Positions 20,709-29,562 of a DNA stretch of 64,000 nt are shown here, piece by piece; the stretch's first letter is position 1, and each line of letters starts with the position of its first letter. Source of the DNA: Bdellovibrio sp. (lineage in GTDB: Bacteria > Bdellovibrionota > Bdellovibrionia > Bdellovibrionales > Bdellovibrionaceae); the NCBI GenBank assembly GCA_036676395.1, contig JAKFCY010000002.1, positions 896,001 through 960,000 on the forward strand, written 5' to 3'. Position numbers and translations under genes: made by a program. Under the pieces are notes generated by a model. That model ran no database searches. It was given only the letters and a program-made list of their open reading frames with translations, and was not told the DNA's origin.

Positions 20709-22277
20709 TTACGATAAATGAGCGACTTGGCGTGAATTCAATGAAGATGTTTTCTTCACTGAAGAAGCTGTCACAGACTGTGTGCCAAGGCCTTTGGCGA
20801 TAGCTTGGGCTTTCATGAATGGTGGAATATCACGTTTTTTTACGCCTTCGCAGAAATCGGCTTTGATGATTTCGAAAGCTTTTTCGCTATCATCGGTGCG
20901 CATGATAATATAGTCGTAAGCTTTTTCGGCGAGATTCATCAATGAGATAGAATGAGTTTCTGAGTATTTCTCAGATAAATAATCTACGAATTTCATGTAG
21001 TTCCAGAAGAATGAGCCTTCGAAAGTACTGATCCATTTCATAAACTGCGGAAAATCACCGCTATTAGCATATAGATCCCAGAACTTCGCAAAGCGGTTCA
21101 TGGTCTGCAAAGTGTTATAGTCCATCGTCGAAGTTGATAGAATTTGGTACGGCGAAAAATCTTGGTAGCGCATTTTGAATGTCGTCTCGTGGCGCACGAT
21201 CGGAGTTCCCTTAAGGCGCTTAAGGATTCCCACTTGAATCTCGTGGGGGCCCAGCTGAGCTAGGCGGTCAAAGCCTTCAGCGAAAGATTCTAAAGTCTCG
21301 CCGGGTAAACCTACGATAAGATCGGCGTGCGTGTGCACATGTGTATTCTCGTTGATGAACTTGAAATTTTCTGCAACTTTAACAAGATCATTTTTTCTTG
21401 AGACATTTGTTGCAACTACTGGATTTAACGTTTGAATACCGACTTCGAATTGTAAACTTCCGGCAGGAAATTGTTTAATCAGCTCGCGAATTTCAACTGG
21501 CAAACGATCGGGCACCATTTCAAAATGCAGAAATAAACCTTTATCCAGATGCTGCATAAAGAAGTTTAAAATCTTAGTAGAAGTCGTTGGGCTTAAATTA
21601 AAAGTGCGATCGACGAACTTAAAACAGCGGGCGCCCCTGTTAATAAGTATTTCGATATCAGCTAAGAATTGATCTAAATTAAAGCTGCGTACCGATTTAT
21701 CAAGAGACGATAGGCAGTATTCGCATTTGTACGGGCAGCCGCGCGAGGCTTCAACATAGATCACACGGTTTGCAATATCATTATCACTATATAGATAGTA
21801 CGGCAGTTTTAAATCGGGCAGTAAGGGAAGAACTCCGCGGATGATTTTGTCTTGGCTATCGTGGCCAGACAGGTGTTCACGGCAGAACTGTGGAAAAAGA
21901 AGATCGGCTTCGCCGCAGATAATATGATCAGCTAATTGATAAAGTCTTTGGCCTTCGGTTTCGTAAGAGACTTCTGGGCCGCCAAGTACAAGTTCTATAT
22001 CTGGCGCTACTTTCTTAAGAATTGAGCAAACTTCAAAGACCTGTTCGTTATTCCAGATGTAGACGCCGAAGCCGACGATCTTTGGATTTAGGTTTAAGAT
22101 CTTTTCAACGATGTTGCGCGGGTTTTCTTTGATGGTCCATTCGATAAGTTCAGTTTTATCAGTCATCTCTGCCATTTGGGCATAGATATAACGTAAGCCG
22201 AATGAGCTGTGCTGGTAGGTGGAATTCAATGTGCAGATCAGGATGTCTTTTTGGATCTCGGTTTTTGGGTGGCTCAT
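20709..22277 (-). CDS. B12-binding radical SAM protein
   Basis: N-terminal cobalamin-binding-type region (VGFGVYIWN, LGGPEVS); CxxxCxxC in RGCPYKCEYC. Confidence 0.9.
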   Translation of the reverse strand: MSHPKTEIQKDILICTLNSTYQHSSFGLRYIYAQMAEMTDKTELIEWTIKENPRNIVEKILNLNPKIVGFGVYIWNNEQVFEVCSILKKVAPDIELVLGGPEVSYETEGQRLYQLADHIICGEADLLFPQFCREHLSGHDSQDKIIRGVLPLLPDLKLPYYLYSDNDIANRVIYVEASRGCPYKCEYCLSSLDKSVRSFNLDQFLADIEILINRGARCFKFVDRTFNLSPTTSTKILNFFMQHLDKGLFLHFEMVPDRLPVEIRELIKQFPAGSLQFEVGIQTLNPVVATNVSRKNDLVKVAENFKFINENTHVHTHADLIVGLPGETLESFAEGFDRLAQLGPHEIQVGILKRLKGTPIVRHETTFKMRYQDFSPYQILSTSTMDYNTLQTMNRFAKFWDLYANSGDFPQFMKWISTFEGSFFWNYMKFVDYLSEKYSETHSISLMNLAEKAYDYIIMRTDDSEKAFEIIKADFCEGVKKRDIPPFMKAQAIAKGLGTQSVTASSVKKTSSLNSRQVAHLS

Positions 22278-22765
22278 GCAGCCGTTGTTTTAGCGAATCC
22301 CTCTAGAATGTCATAGCATTTTCTGATTTCTAAAAAACTTTCATGGCATCCGCCACTATCTGGGTGGTTTTTCAACGCGGCAAGTTTATAAGCTTTTTTT
22401 AACTGCAAAAGTGTGAATCCCTCGGGAAACAGACGGTGGGCTACAAGGATCGGAAGTTCCATGGCGTACAATAAAGATTCGTAGGCTTTGAATTGTGTCT
22501 CGGTCATGCCTTGAGATTTCAATTTAAATTCACGAGCAGTCACTGTTCTGTCTGTAAAGTTTTGTCTGTAGGAATACGATGAAACTGAATGATTTTGCAC
22601 TCTTACGTTAGGCATATCATTTTGCAAACTACCCATTAAATGAGAGAGAAAAGCAGGTTCTAAGGTGCCGGAAATCTCTTGCGAATGTTCAATGTTTATC
22701 GCTGTTTCAGTCTCGTTTTCAGAGTTAAGATTTTCTAAAATTTCAGCGAAAGAAGTGTCTCTCAT
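22274..22765 (-). CDS. C-terminal J-domain protein
   Basis: LKKAYKLAALKNHPDSGG; ATGA overlap with the radical SAM gene. Confidence 0.75.
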   Translation of the reverse strand: MRDTSFAEILENLNSENETETAINIEHSQEISGTLEPAFLSHLMGSLQNDMPNVRVQNHSVSSYSYRQNFTDRTVTAREFKLKSQGMTETQFKAYESLLYAMELPILVAHRLFPEGFTLLQLKKAYKLAALKNHPDSGGCHESFLEIRKCYDILEGFAKTTAA

Positions 22766-22772
22766 AGAGACT

Positions 22773-22779
22773 TTATCGG
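22773..22779 (-). promoter_or_regulatory. Sigma28-like -10 element, near-leaderless
   Basis: CCGATAA exactly 7 nt before the ATG, as for the subtilase gene. Confidence 0.4.
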
Positions 22780-22984
22780 GATAAATTCCCCGCTACCAGA
22801 GTAGAGAAGTTGCGATCCCCCTCTAAAAAAAGTGAAAATAATTGTTTTTTTCTCTCGACAAAGGGTTTTTCCTAGACTTATGCTTAGATTCACTAAGACT
22901 TTTATATTAAGACGATCGTCAATGATGATGACCGTCATGAGATTGAAAACAATGCCTTAACAACCCTTAACGGAGGAATTAACC

Positions 22985-23365
22985 ATGGCAAAGAAAACAG
23001 CAAAAAAAGCAGCTCCTAAAAAAGCTACAGCAAAAAAAGCAGCTCCTAAAAAAGCCGCTCCTGCAAAAAAAGCAGCTCCTGCGAAAAAAGCAGCTCCTAA
23101 AAAAGCCGCTGCTAAACGTCAACCAAACGCAGCTTTCATGAAAGCTTTAACTCCATCTACTACTTTAGCAGCTATCGTTGGTGCTTCTGCATTACCTCGC
23201 ACTGAAGTTGTTAAAAAATTATGGGCTTACATCAAAAAGAACGGTTTACAAGATTCTAAAAATCGTCGCAACATCAACGCTGACGACAAATTAAAACCAA
23301 TCTTCGGAAAAAACCAAGTTTCTATGTTCGAAATGACAAAACTTGTTTCTAAGCACTTAAAATAG
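22985..23365 (+). CDS. SWIB/MDM2 domain protein with histone-like KKAAP repeats
   Basis: PRTEVVKKLWAYIKKNGLQD...VSMFEMTKLVSKHL; GGAGG RBS. Confidence 0.9.
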   Translation: MAKKTAKKAAPKKATAKKAAPKKAAPAKKAAPAKKAAPKKAAAKRQPNAAFMKALTPSTTLAAIVGASALPRTEVVKKLWAYIKKNGLQDSKNRRNINADDKLKPIFGKNQVSMFEMTKLVSKHLK

Positions 23366-23406
23366 GTTTTAGTTTTCTTAGCTCGTCGCAAGACGGTAAG
23401 AAAGAT

Positions 23407-23437
23407 AAGGTCAACCTTCGGGTTGGCCTTTTTTTTT
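23407..23437 (+). terminator. Intrinsic terminator
   Basis: aaggtcaacc-TTCG-ggttggcctt followed by a T-run. Confidence 0.88.
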
Positions 23438-23471
23438 GCTATTATGCCCCCTCGAGAGTATACTCTTGGGC

Positions 23472-24245
23472 ATGTCAAACTCCCGCGCCCCAGTTCCTTT
23501 CAACAAGGACGAAATTCAAAAAATGCGTACTGTCTGCAAAATGGCCGCAAAAGTTCTTAACTACACAGCCAGCAAGGTTAAGCCGGGTATTACTACTTTA
23601 GAATTAGATAAAATTGCTGATGATTACACAAAATCAATCGGCGGAATTTCAGCCTGCATTGGTTATCACGGGTATCCGTTTGCGACCTGCATTTCGGTGA
23701 ACGAAGTGGTTTGTCACGGGACTCCGTCAGACTACGTGATCAAAGAGGGCGATATTTTAAATATTGATGTCACCGTTAAAAAAGATGGCTTCTTCGGAGA
23801 CACGTCTAAAACCGTGATGGTGGGTAAAGTTTCAAAAACTGCGGCAGATATTGTCGATGCAGCTTATAACGCCATGATGACCGGCATAGAAGCCATCAAG
23901 CCTAATGGATACACAGGTGATATCGGTTTTGAAACTAACAAATATGTCACTCGTCGCGGCTACACCACAGTTAAAGAAATCGGTGGTCATGGCATTGGTA
24001 GAATCTTTCATATGGATCCCTTTGTGCCGGCTTTCGGTAAACGCGGTAAAGGCGAAAAGATCATACCTTGGACATGTTTCACGGTTGAACCCATGGTGAA
24101 TGAGGGCGAAGAAGACTTCGAAGAGTTTTCTATTCCCAATTCAGATATTAAGTATTACATAACTACGGATAAGAAACTTTCTGCCCAGTTCGAGCACACG
24201 ATATTGATTACAGACACAGGATATGAAATTTTAACCCTTGAATAA
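23472..24245 (+). CDS. map: Type I methionine aminopeptidase
   Basis: SVNEVVCHG, DVT, GDTS, GHGIG, EPM and AQFEHT motifs. Confidence 0.96.
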   Translation: MSNSRAPVPFNKDEIQKMRTVCKMAAKVLNYTASKVKPGITTLELDKIADDYTKSIGGISACIGYHGYPFATCISVNEVVCHGTPSDYVIKEGDILNIDVTVKKDGFFGDTSKTVMVGKVSKTAADIVDAAYNAMMTGIEAIKPNGYTGDIGFETNKYVTRRGYTTVKEIGGHGIGRIFHMDPFVPAFGKRGKGEKIIPWTCFTVEPMVNEGEEDFEEFSIPNSDIKYYITTDKKLSAQFEHTILITDTGYEILTLE

Positions 24246-24254
24246 GGAACACAC

Positions 24255-25691
24255 ATGAGAACACAAGCATCTAATAACGCAAAAAAAACAGCCGCTTCTA
24301 AAGCGATCGCTGCCGCCGTATCAAAAAGCAAAACAGCAGTAAAAAGCAAGTCAGCAAAAAATGCGACGGCTAATGATTACCGCGTTTGCAAAGAAGCTAT
24401 GGAAAATCCTAAAGTATTCGCTGAATTAGCTCGTTGGGGCCGCGAAGAAATTAAAATTGCTGAAAAAGAAATGCCAGGTTTAATGGCTATCAGAAAAGAG
24501 TTCGGTAAATCGCAACCGTTAAAAGGTGCGAAAATCGCTGGTTGCTTACACATGACAATTCAAACTGCAGTGCTAATTGAGACTTTAACTCACCTTGGAG
24601 CTGAAGTTCGTTGGTCATCTTGCAATATCTTCTCTACGCAAGATCAAGCAGCAGTAGCCATTGCTGCAACTGGTGTTCCGGTTTTTGCTTGGAAGGGTTT
24701 AACTGAAGACGAATTCAACTGGTGTATTGAACAAACAATCACTGGCTGGGGTAAAGAAGGCTACAACATCATTCTTGATGATGGCGGCGACTTAACAAAT
24801 ATGATGCATACTCCTAAGTTTGCACACATGCTTAAAAAAATCGTTGGTGTTTCTGAAGAAACAACAACTGGCGTACATAACTTAGAAGTTATGTTAAAAA
24901 ATAAAAAATTAAAAATTCCTGCAATCAACGTAAATGATTCAGTAACTAAATCTAAATTCGACAACTTATACGGTTGCCGTGAATCATTAACTGACGCTTT
25001 AAAACGCGCTACAGATGTAATGATGGCTGGTAAAACTTGTGTTGTTGCCGGTTACGGAGACGTAGGTAAAGGTTCTGCTTTCTCTATGAAAGGTTTAGGC
25101 GCTCGCGTTCTTATCACTGAAATCGATCCTATCTGCGCATTACAAGCAGCTATGGAAGGTTTTCAAGTAGTAACTATGGAAGAAGCAGCTCCAATCGCTG
25201 ATATTTTCGTAACAGCTACTGGTTGCTGCGATATCATCACTGAAAAACATTTCAATAAAATGAAAGACAACGCGATTGTTTGTAACATCGGTCACTTCGA
25301 TATCGAAATCGATATGGCTTGGTTAAACAAAAATTCAAAACAACGCGAAATCAAACCGCAAGTTGATGTTCACACATTGAAAAACGGAAACGAAATCGTT
25401 GTTCTTGCTAAAGGCCGCTTAGTGAACTTAGGTTGCGCTACAGGGCATCCATCTTTCGTAATGTCTAATTCGTTCACTAACCAAGTGTTAGCGCAAATCG
25501 AATTATTTAAAAACGGCGCAAAATACAAAGAAATCGCGATCTACCGTTTACCTAAACACTTAGACGAAAAAGTAGCGGCATTACACTTAGGTCAAATCGG
25601 CGTTAAATTATCTAAACTTACTTCTAAACAAGCTAAGTATTTACATTTAAATGAAGAAGGACCATTCAAACCTGAGCACTACCGTTACTAA
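24255..25691 (+). CDS. ahcY: Adenosylhomocysteinase
   Basis: [37 protein letters not shown] and GHPSFVMS motifs. Confidence 0.98.
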   Translation: MRTQASNNAKKTAASKAIAAAVSKSKTAVKSKSAKNATANDYRVCKEAMENPKVFAELARWGREEIKIAEKEMPGLMAIRKEFGKSQPLKGAKIAGCLHMTIQTAVLIETLTHLGAEVRWSSCNIFSTQDQAAVAIAATGVPVFAWKGLTEDEFNWCIEQTITGWGKEGYNIILDDGGDLTNMMHTPKFAHMLKKIVGVSEETTTGVHNLEVMLKNKKLKIPAINVNDSVTKSKFDNLYGCRESLTDALKRATDVMMAGKTCVVAGYGDVGKGSAFSMKGLGARVLITEIDPICALQAAMEGFQVVTMEEAAPIADIFVTATGCCDIITEKHFNKMKDNAIVCNIGHFDIEIDMAWLNKNSKQREIKPQVDVHTLKNGNEIVVLAKGRLVNLGCATGHPSFVMSNSFTNQVLAQIELFKNGAKYKEIAIYRLPKHLDEKVAALHLGQIGVKLSKLTSKQAKYLHLNEEGPFKPEHYRY

Positions 25692-25717
25692 ACGGTAGCT
25701 CCTCAAAAAGAGGGACT

Positions 25718-26506
25718 ATGATAACATTCATGTTTATCAGTTTATCGATTCTTCCTATTTGCGCGCTGGTTTCCGGCGCGCTTTTTTTGCGCGTAAAAAA
25801 TCAACCTTTACATGTGCCATCGTTTTTACTTTTTGGCTTTTTAACGATGTATGTAGATTTTCATTATTATTACCGCGCGTATGAAGTTACGTTTTCGAAA
25901 GAGCAGTGGGGGCCAGCGGCTACCACGATGGGTATGTTTTCAATTGTCACAACATTGAATGCGGTTTGTTTTGGTTTATTGGGCGCGGGGATTTATTCGC
26001 TTTTCAGCCGATTGACTAAAAAACAAGACGCTTACGCAAAACTATCAACCACAAAAATCGCAGCAGTTTTAATTTTGGCGATGTCGACAGCGACGTTTCA
26101 GATTATGAATCATCACAGTCAATCAGCCAGTCAAAAAATCATTGCTAAAGCGTCTGGTGATTTAACGCCTGAGCTTGTGAGTGAACTATTACAGATTAAT
26201 CAGAACATAAAAGATAAAACAATGATTACAACATTGTTAATGAATCCGAACTGTCCTGAAGCTGTTTTAAATGAGTATTCACAAAAAGACGCTGTTTTAT
26301 ACCGCGCTTCGGTTTTAAAAAACCCGAATGTAACCCAGGAAATTGTGACCAAGTTGGCAACGGATGAAAACGAAGTTGTCAGATATCATGTAGTTATTAA
26401 TAAAAAAGTCACGAATGAGCTGTTGGCGCAACTCTCTCAAGACCCAGCCAAAGATGTGCGTAAGAAAGCACAGGCTATGTTAGAAAATCGTACCGAGAAA
26501 AAGTAA
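25718..26506 (+). CDS. Membrane protein with C-terminal leucine-rich-variant (LRV/HEAT-like) repeats
   Basis: Four TM segments, then NPNCP/NPNVT...DENEVVR repeats. Confidence 0.6.
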   Translation: MITFMFISLSILPICALVSGALFLRVKNQPLHVPSFLLFGFLTMYVDFHYYYRAYEVTFSKEQWGPAATTMGMFSIVTTLNAVCFGLLGAGIYSLFSRLTKKQDAYAKLSTTKIAAVLILAMSTATFQIMNHHSQSASQKIIAKASGDLTPELVSELLQINQNIKDKTMITTLLMNPNCPEAVLNEYSQKDAVLYRASVLKNPNVTQEIVTKLATDENEVVRYHVVINKKVTNELLAQLSQDPAKDVRKKAQAMLENRTEKK

Positions 26507-26535
26507 AAAAAAGCGGAGTAGATCTCCGCTTTTTT
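26507..26535. terminator. Bidirectional intrinsic terminator
   Basis: aaaaaagcggag-tagat-ctccgctttttt between convergent genes. Confidence 0.88.
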
Positions 26536-26544
26536 ATTTCTAAT

Positions 26545-27093
26545 CTAATTTGTTTTGATCTGATCGATATAGTATCTTAATTCGCCGATACTTTCGCGAA
26601 TATCACCTAAAGCGCGATGCGCATTCTGCTTACGATACATTTTATCAAATTTATTATTAAAAATAATCTTCCAAGAGCTTACGTCTAACATTCTGTAATG
26701 TAGGCGCTCGGCGATTTTTGGAAAATACTTATCTACAAATAAACGATCTTGCGTGATCGAGTTACCGGCCATGATCGGGCGAAATTTTTTGTCTTCTTTC
26801 CATTGTGGCCAGTGACGGTCAATCATCGAAGTCACATGAAATTCAACCGTATCTGGCTCCATACCGTTCGGCACAGCCGCCGTTAAGCCCGAAGCGCCGT
26901 GATGTTCGGTATTCCAGGCATCCATCGCGTCTAGGTACTTTTGCGGCTGTTTAACGATGGCTTCAAAGCTATCTAGCTCTTTGAAATCTAAGTCTGTGAT
27001 AATGCAGGCGCATTCGATCACGACTTCTTTGTTTACATCAAGGCCTGTCATTTCCATATCAAGCCAAAGAAGTTTTGAGATTTTATCTAACAT
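26545..27093 (-). CDS. orn: Oligoribonuclease
   Basis: WLDMEMTGL, GNSITQDR, HYRMLDVSS and HRALGDIRESI motifs. Confidence 0.96.
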   Translation of the reverse strand: MLDKISKLLWLDMEMTGLDVNKEVVIECACIITDLDFKELDSFEAIVKQPQKYLDAMDAWNTEHHGASGLTAAVPNGMEPDTVEFHVTSMIDRHWPQWKEDKKFRPIMAGNSITQDRLFVDKYFPKIAERLHYRMLDVSSWKIIFNNKFDKMYRKQNAHRALGDIRESIGELRYYIDQIKTN

Positions 27094-27104
27094 GTTTTTA
27101 AAAC

Positions 27105-27434
27105 CTATTTCTTAGTTTCAGTTTTTGCTTCAGGTAATTGAACTTTGTAGTTATCGCCTGCAGATTTAACGGCTGCATCTAATGCTACTGTATCTAAAGT
27201 TTTACCTTCTTTTAAGCGTAAAGAGATTTTGCCAAGTTGTTTTTTGCTATCAATAACAGTTACGCCGCAAGATTCAAAATTTTCAGACAATTTAGCATCA
27301 GCACATACTTTTTTACTGATCATTTTAGTGCAAGCTGCGCAGTGAACGCCTTCTACGATCAGGTCGGTTGTAGCATCAGCAGCAGGCGATAAAGTCGCAG
27401 TCAAAGTAATAAGCGCAATAATAAGCGTTTTCAT
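27105..27434 (-). CDS. Secreted heavy-metal-associated (HMA) domain protein
   Basis: Signal peptide followed by VEGVHCAAC. Confidence 0.7.
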   Translation of the reverse strand: MKTLIIALITLTATLSPAADATTDLIVEGVHCAACTKMISKKVCADAKLSENFESCGVTVIDSKKQLGKISLRLKEGKTLDTVALDAAVKSAGDNYKVQLPEAKTETKK

Positions 27435-27612
27435 AGGGGGCTCCTTCAGGATTTTGTCGAAAACCTAGTATGAACCAAAGTCGGCACACTGGGAATCGGG
27501 AAATTATCCCCAAATAAGTTTTTATTGCTATTTTATTACGCAGTGTAAAAAAAGTAGTTGAAAACAAACCGTCTTTCCCAATATATTGGTCCCACTGCAA
27601 ATATTACTTAAC

Positions 27613-27689
27613 GGAGTTGTAGTTAAGTTGGTTATAACGTCCGCCTGTCACGCGGAAGGCCGCGGGTTCGAGTCCCGTCAACTCCGCCA
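27613..27689 (+). tRNA. tRNA-Asp (GTC)
   Basis: Acceptor stem ggagttg/caactcc, anticodon arm tccgc-ctGTCac-gcgga, T-loop GTTCGAG, encoded CCA; 77 nt. Confidence 0.97.
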
Positions 27690-27796
27690 TTTTTCTCATG
27701 AATAATTTCAAATACTTAGATACGATTTTTCCTAAGAAGCCGAACGGGTTTCGAACTTTTTTATAATAAAATAATTTTAACGATTGGAAGGCGCTT

Positions 27797-28477
27797 ATGG
27801 AAATCGGAATTATAGGTTCAGGAAATATTGGGAGCATTCTTGCGAGTCATCTTACGAAGCTTGGTCATAAAGTATTTATCGCGAACTCGCGTGGCCCAGC
27901 CACTTTAGAAAAAGTAGCTGCCGAAACAGGAGCCTCGCCAGTAACTGTTGAAGATGCAGCAAAGGCGAAAGATATTGTGATCATAACAGTTCCTGAAAAG
28001 GCCATACCTAATCTGCCAATTGAGATCATTTCAAAAAGTTCTGCGATTATAGTTGATACGGGCAATTACTATCCAGCACGCGATGGACAGATTCAAGACA
28101 TTGACGGTGGTTTATCGGAATCAGAATGGGTAGAGCGTATGTTAAAGCGCTCAGTCGTTAAAGCATTTAACAATATTGTAGCGCCAAGTTTAGCTTCAAA
28201 GGCATCACCTGCAAAATCAGCCAGTCGTGTGGCTTTGGCTATATCTGGTGACAATTTACAAGCTAAGCAAAAAGTTTCGGAATTAATTAACGCCATTGGA
28301 TTTGATGTTGTTGATGCTGGTAAGCTTTCAGAATCGTGGAGACAGCAGCCCGGCACACCAGCATATTGTCGCGATTTAACTGCCAGCGAACTCAGATCAG
28401 CGTTGATGCAAGCAGAAGTGAAAAAAATTGATGATTATAGACATGAGGCCAATGAACAAGCACGTCCATATTTTTAG
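27797..28477 (+). CDS. NADP oxidoreductase (F420-dependent family)
   Basis: IGIIGSGNIG, ANSRGP, DTGNYYPARDG, VVKAFNN and SWRQQPGTP motifs. Confidence 0.88.
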   Translation: MEIGIIGSGNIGSILASHLTKLGHKVFIANSRGPATLEKVAAETGASPVTVEDAAKAKDIVIITVPEKAIPNLPIEIISKSSAIIVDTGNYYPARDGQIQDIDGGLSESEWVERMLKRSVVKAFNNIVAPSLASKASPAKSASRVALAISGDNLQAKQKVSELINAIGFDVVDAGKLSESWRQQPGTPAYCRDLTASELRSALMQAEVKKIDDYRHEANEQARPYF

Positions 28478-28511
28478 GGAGCTAAATGGCTCGCAAATAA
28501 GTTCTAAACTC

Positions 28512-28535
28512 GTCCCATTGAGTCCGCCATTTTTT
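28512..28535 (+). repeat. Degenerate copy of the tRNA-Asp 3' end (relict att site)
   Basis: gtcccATTGAGtccgccattttt versus gtcccGTCAACtccgccattttt at 27672-27694. Confidence 0.7.
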
Positions 28536-28547
28536 GATGGGTTAAAG

Positions 28548-28737
28548 TTAAGTACTTAATAAATCTATCGGATCTAAAATCATAAAAATTTTAAGAATCA
28601 GCAAGGGCCAAATAAGGGCCATCGGTGATTTTGGCTTATCTTCAATAGCAAAATCTACGACTCTAACGGCTTGCTTTAAATGAACATGGTTAAGATGCGC
28701 GTAATCCATTGCCTGATCTGAGTAGGAGTTTGCTTAT
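28548..28737 (-). pseudogene. Tyrosine recombinase/integrase C-terminal remnant
   Basis: Minus strand reads SD-QAMDYAHLNHVHLKQAVRVVDF (Tyr codon at 28701-28703). An out-of-frame ISKLL at 28723-28737 precedes it. Together these match the integrase 'xxLLGHS...YAHL...L..AV' signature. Confidence 0.7.
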
Positions 28738-29557
28738 GGGCCCATTGGACGAAAATGAACTTGGAGATAAATTAAAAAGCAATTTATGGGAGCCAGATCC
28801 CAGATCTTTATGCTTTGGCATGATAACGCCAACCATTGATCGCTACATTGAATGGATGTCAAAAGCTAAGCTAAATAAGGAAGTGCCTTTAAGTGTGAGA
28901 CAGTATTTTGCCAGCGCTCGAAATACATTTATTTATTCATTTTACGATTATGGAATGAGTATGCCCGCGCAACTTTACGCTTTTTCAATCTTAGAGAATA
29001 CAATCAAGCGGCGATTTAAAGAGTTGAATATTCAATTTGACGATTCATGCGGCTTGGGAGTGATGTTTAAGTTAGCGAAGAAAGATAATTTTTTTTCCTT
29101 AGAAAGCTTTAATAATGATATTAATATACATGACCAGTTTCATAGATATATACATTATTGGGCGGATCACGGAAGCTCTACATTCATCTATAAAGAACCG
29201 AAGTGCTTCCCAGTAGCGTTTAAGTTTATCGATTATATAAGAATGCGGACCAATAAGTTGATAGCAACTACCCTTAGGCAAATAAAAATAACGGGTAGAA
29301 TTAATGAGTGTATGCATTCTATCGTTAACCGTTTTGCCCAACAAATAAAGTCGATGCTTAGATCAATTTCAAAATATATGTACAAAATTAGACAAAGCAA
29401 ACATCCCGAAAGTTTGCCTAAATTTTCAGGAAAGAGAAATCTTTTGGCTCATGGTCAAGAGATGATGGACTTGCCGTGGGAGGCATCTCATACAATATCG
29501 CTCTGTGCAAAAGGAATAAATAGTCTGTACCATCCAAGTGTTGAGAGCAGATTTTAG
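28736..29557 (+). CDS. HEPN-like domain protein
   Basis: AGGAG RBS before ATG 28736; N-terminal helix ending in ILE and C-terminal RxxxxH (RNLLAHG). Confidence 0.55.
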   Translation: MGPLDENELGDKLKSNLWEPDPRSLCFGMITPTIDRYIEWMSKAKLNKEVPLSVRQYFASARNTFIYSFYDYGMSMPAQLYAFSILENTIKRRFKELNIQFDDSCGLGVMFKLAKKDNFFSLESFNNDINIHDQFHRYIHYWADHGSSTFIYKEPKCFPVAFKFIDYIRMRTNKLIATTLRQIKITGRINECMHSIVNRFAQQIKSMLRSISKYMYKIRQSKHPESLPKFSGKRNLLAHGQEMMDLPWEASHTISLCAKGINSLYHPSVESRF

Positions 29558-29562
29558 CTGTT

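Noticed and set aside
22990..23115. Tandem aaaaaagcagctcct repeats, superficially CRISPR-like
   Set aside because: They are in-frame KKAAP coding repeats with no unique spacers and no cas genes.
24246..24254. SAH riboswitch upstream of ahcY
   Set aside because: There are only 9 nt between map and ahcY, which leaves no room.
27604..27837. 77-aa minus-strand ORF (…MAELTGLEPAAFRVTGGRYNQLNY…)
   Set aside because: It is the antisense translation of tRNA-Asp, a classic spurious ORF.
29099..29344. 81-aa antisense ORF inside the HEPN-like gene as a possible antitoxin
   Set aside because: It is fully nested antisense and has no recognisable motif, so it is unsupported without expression data.
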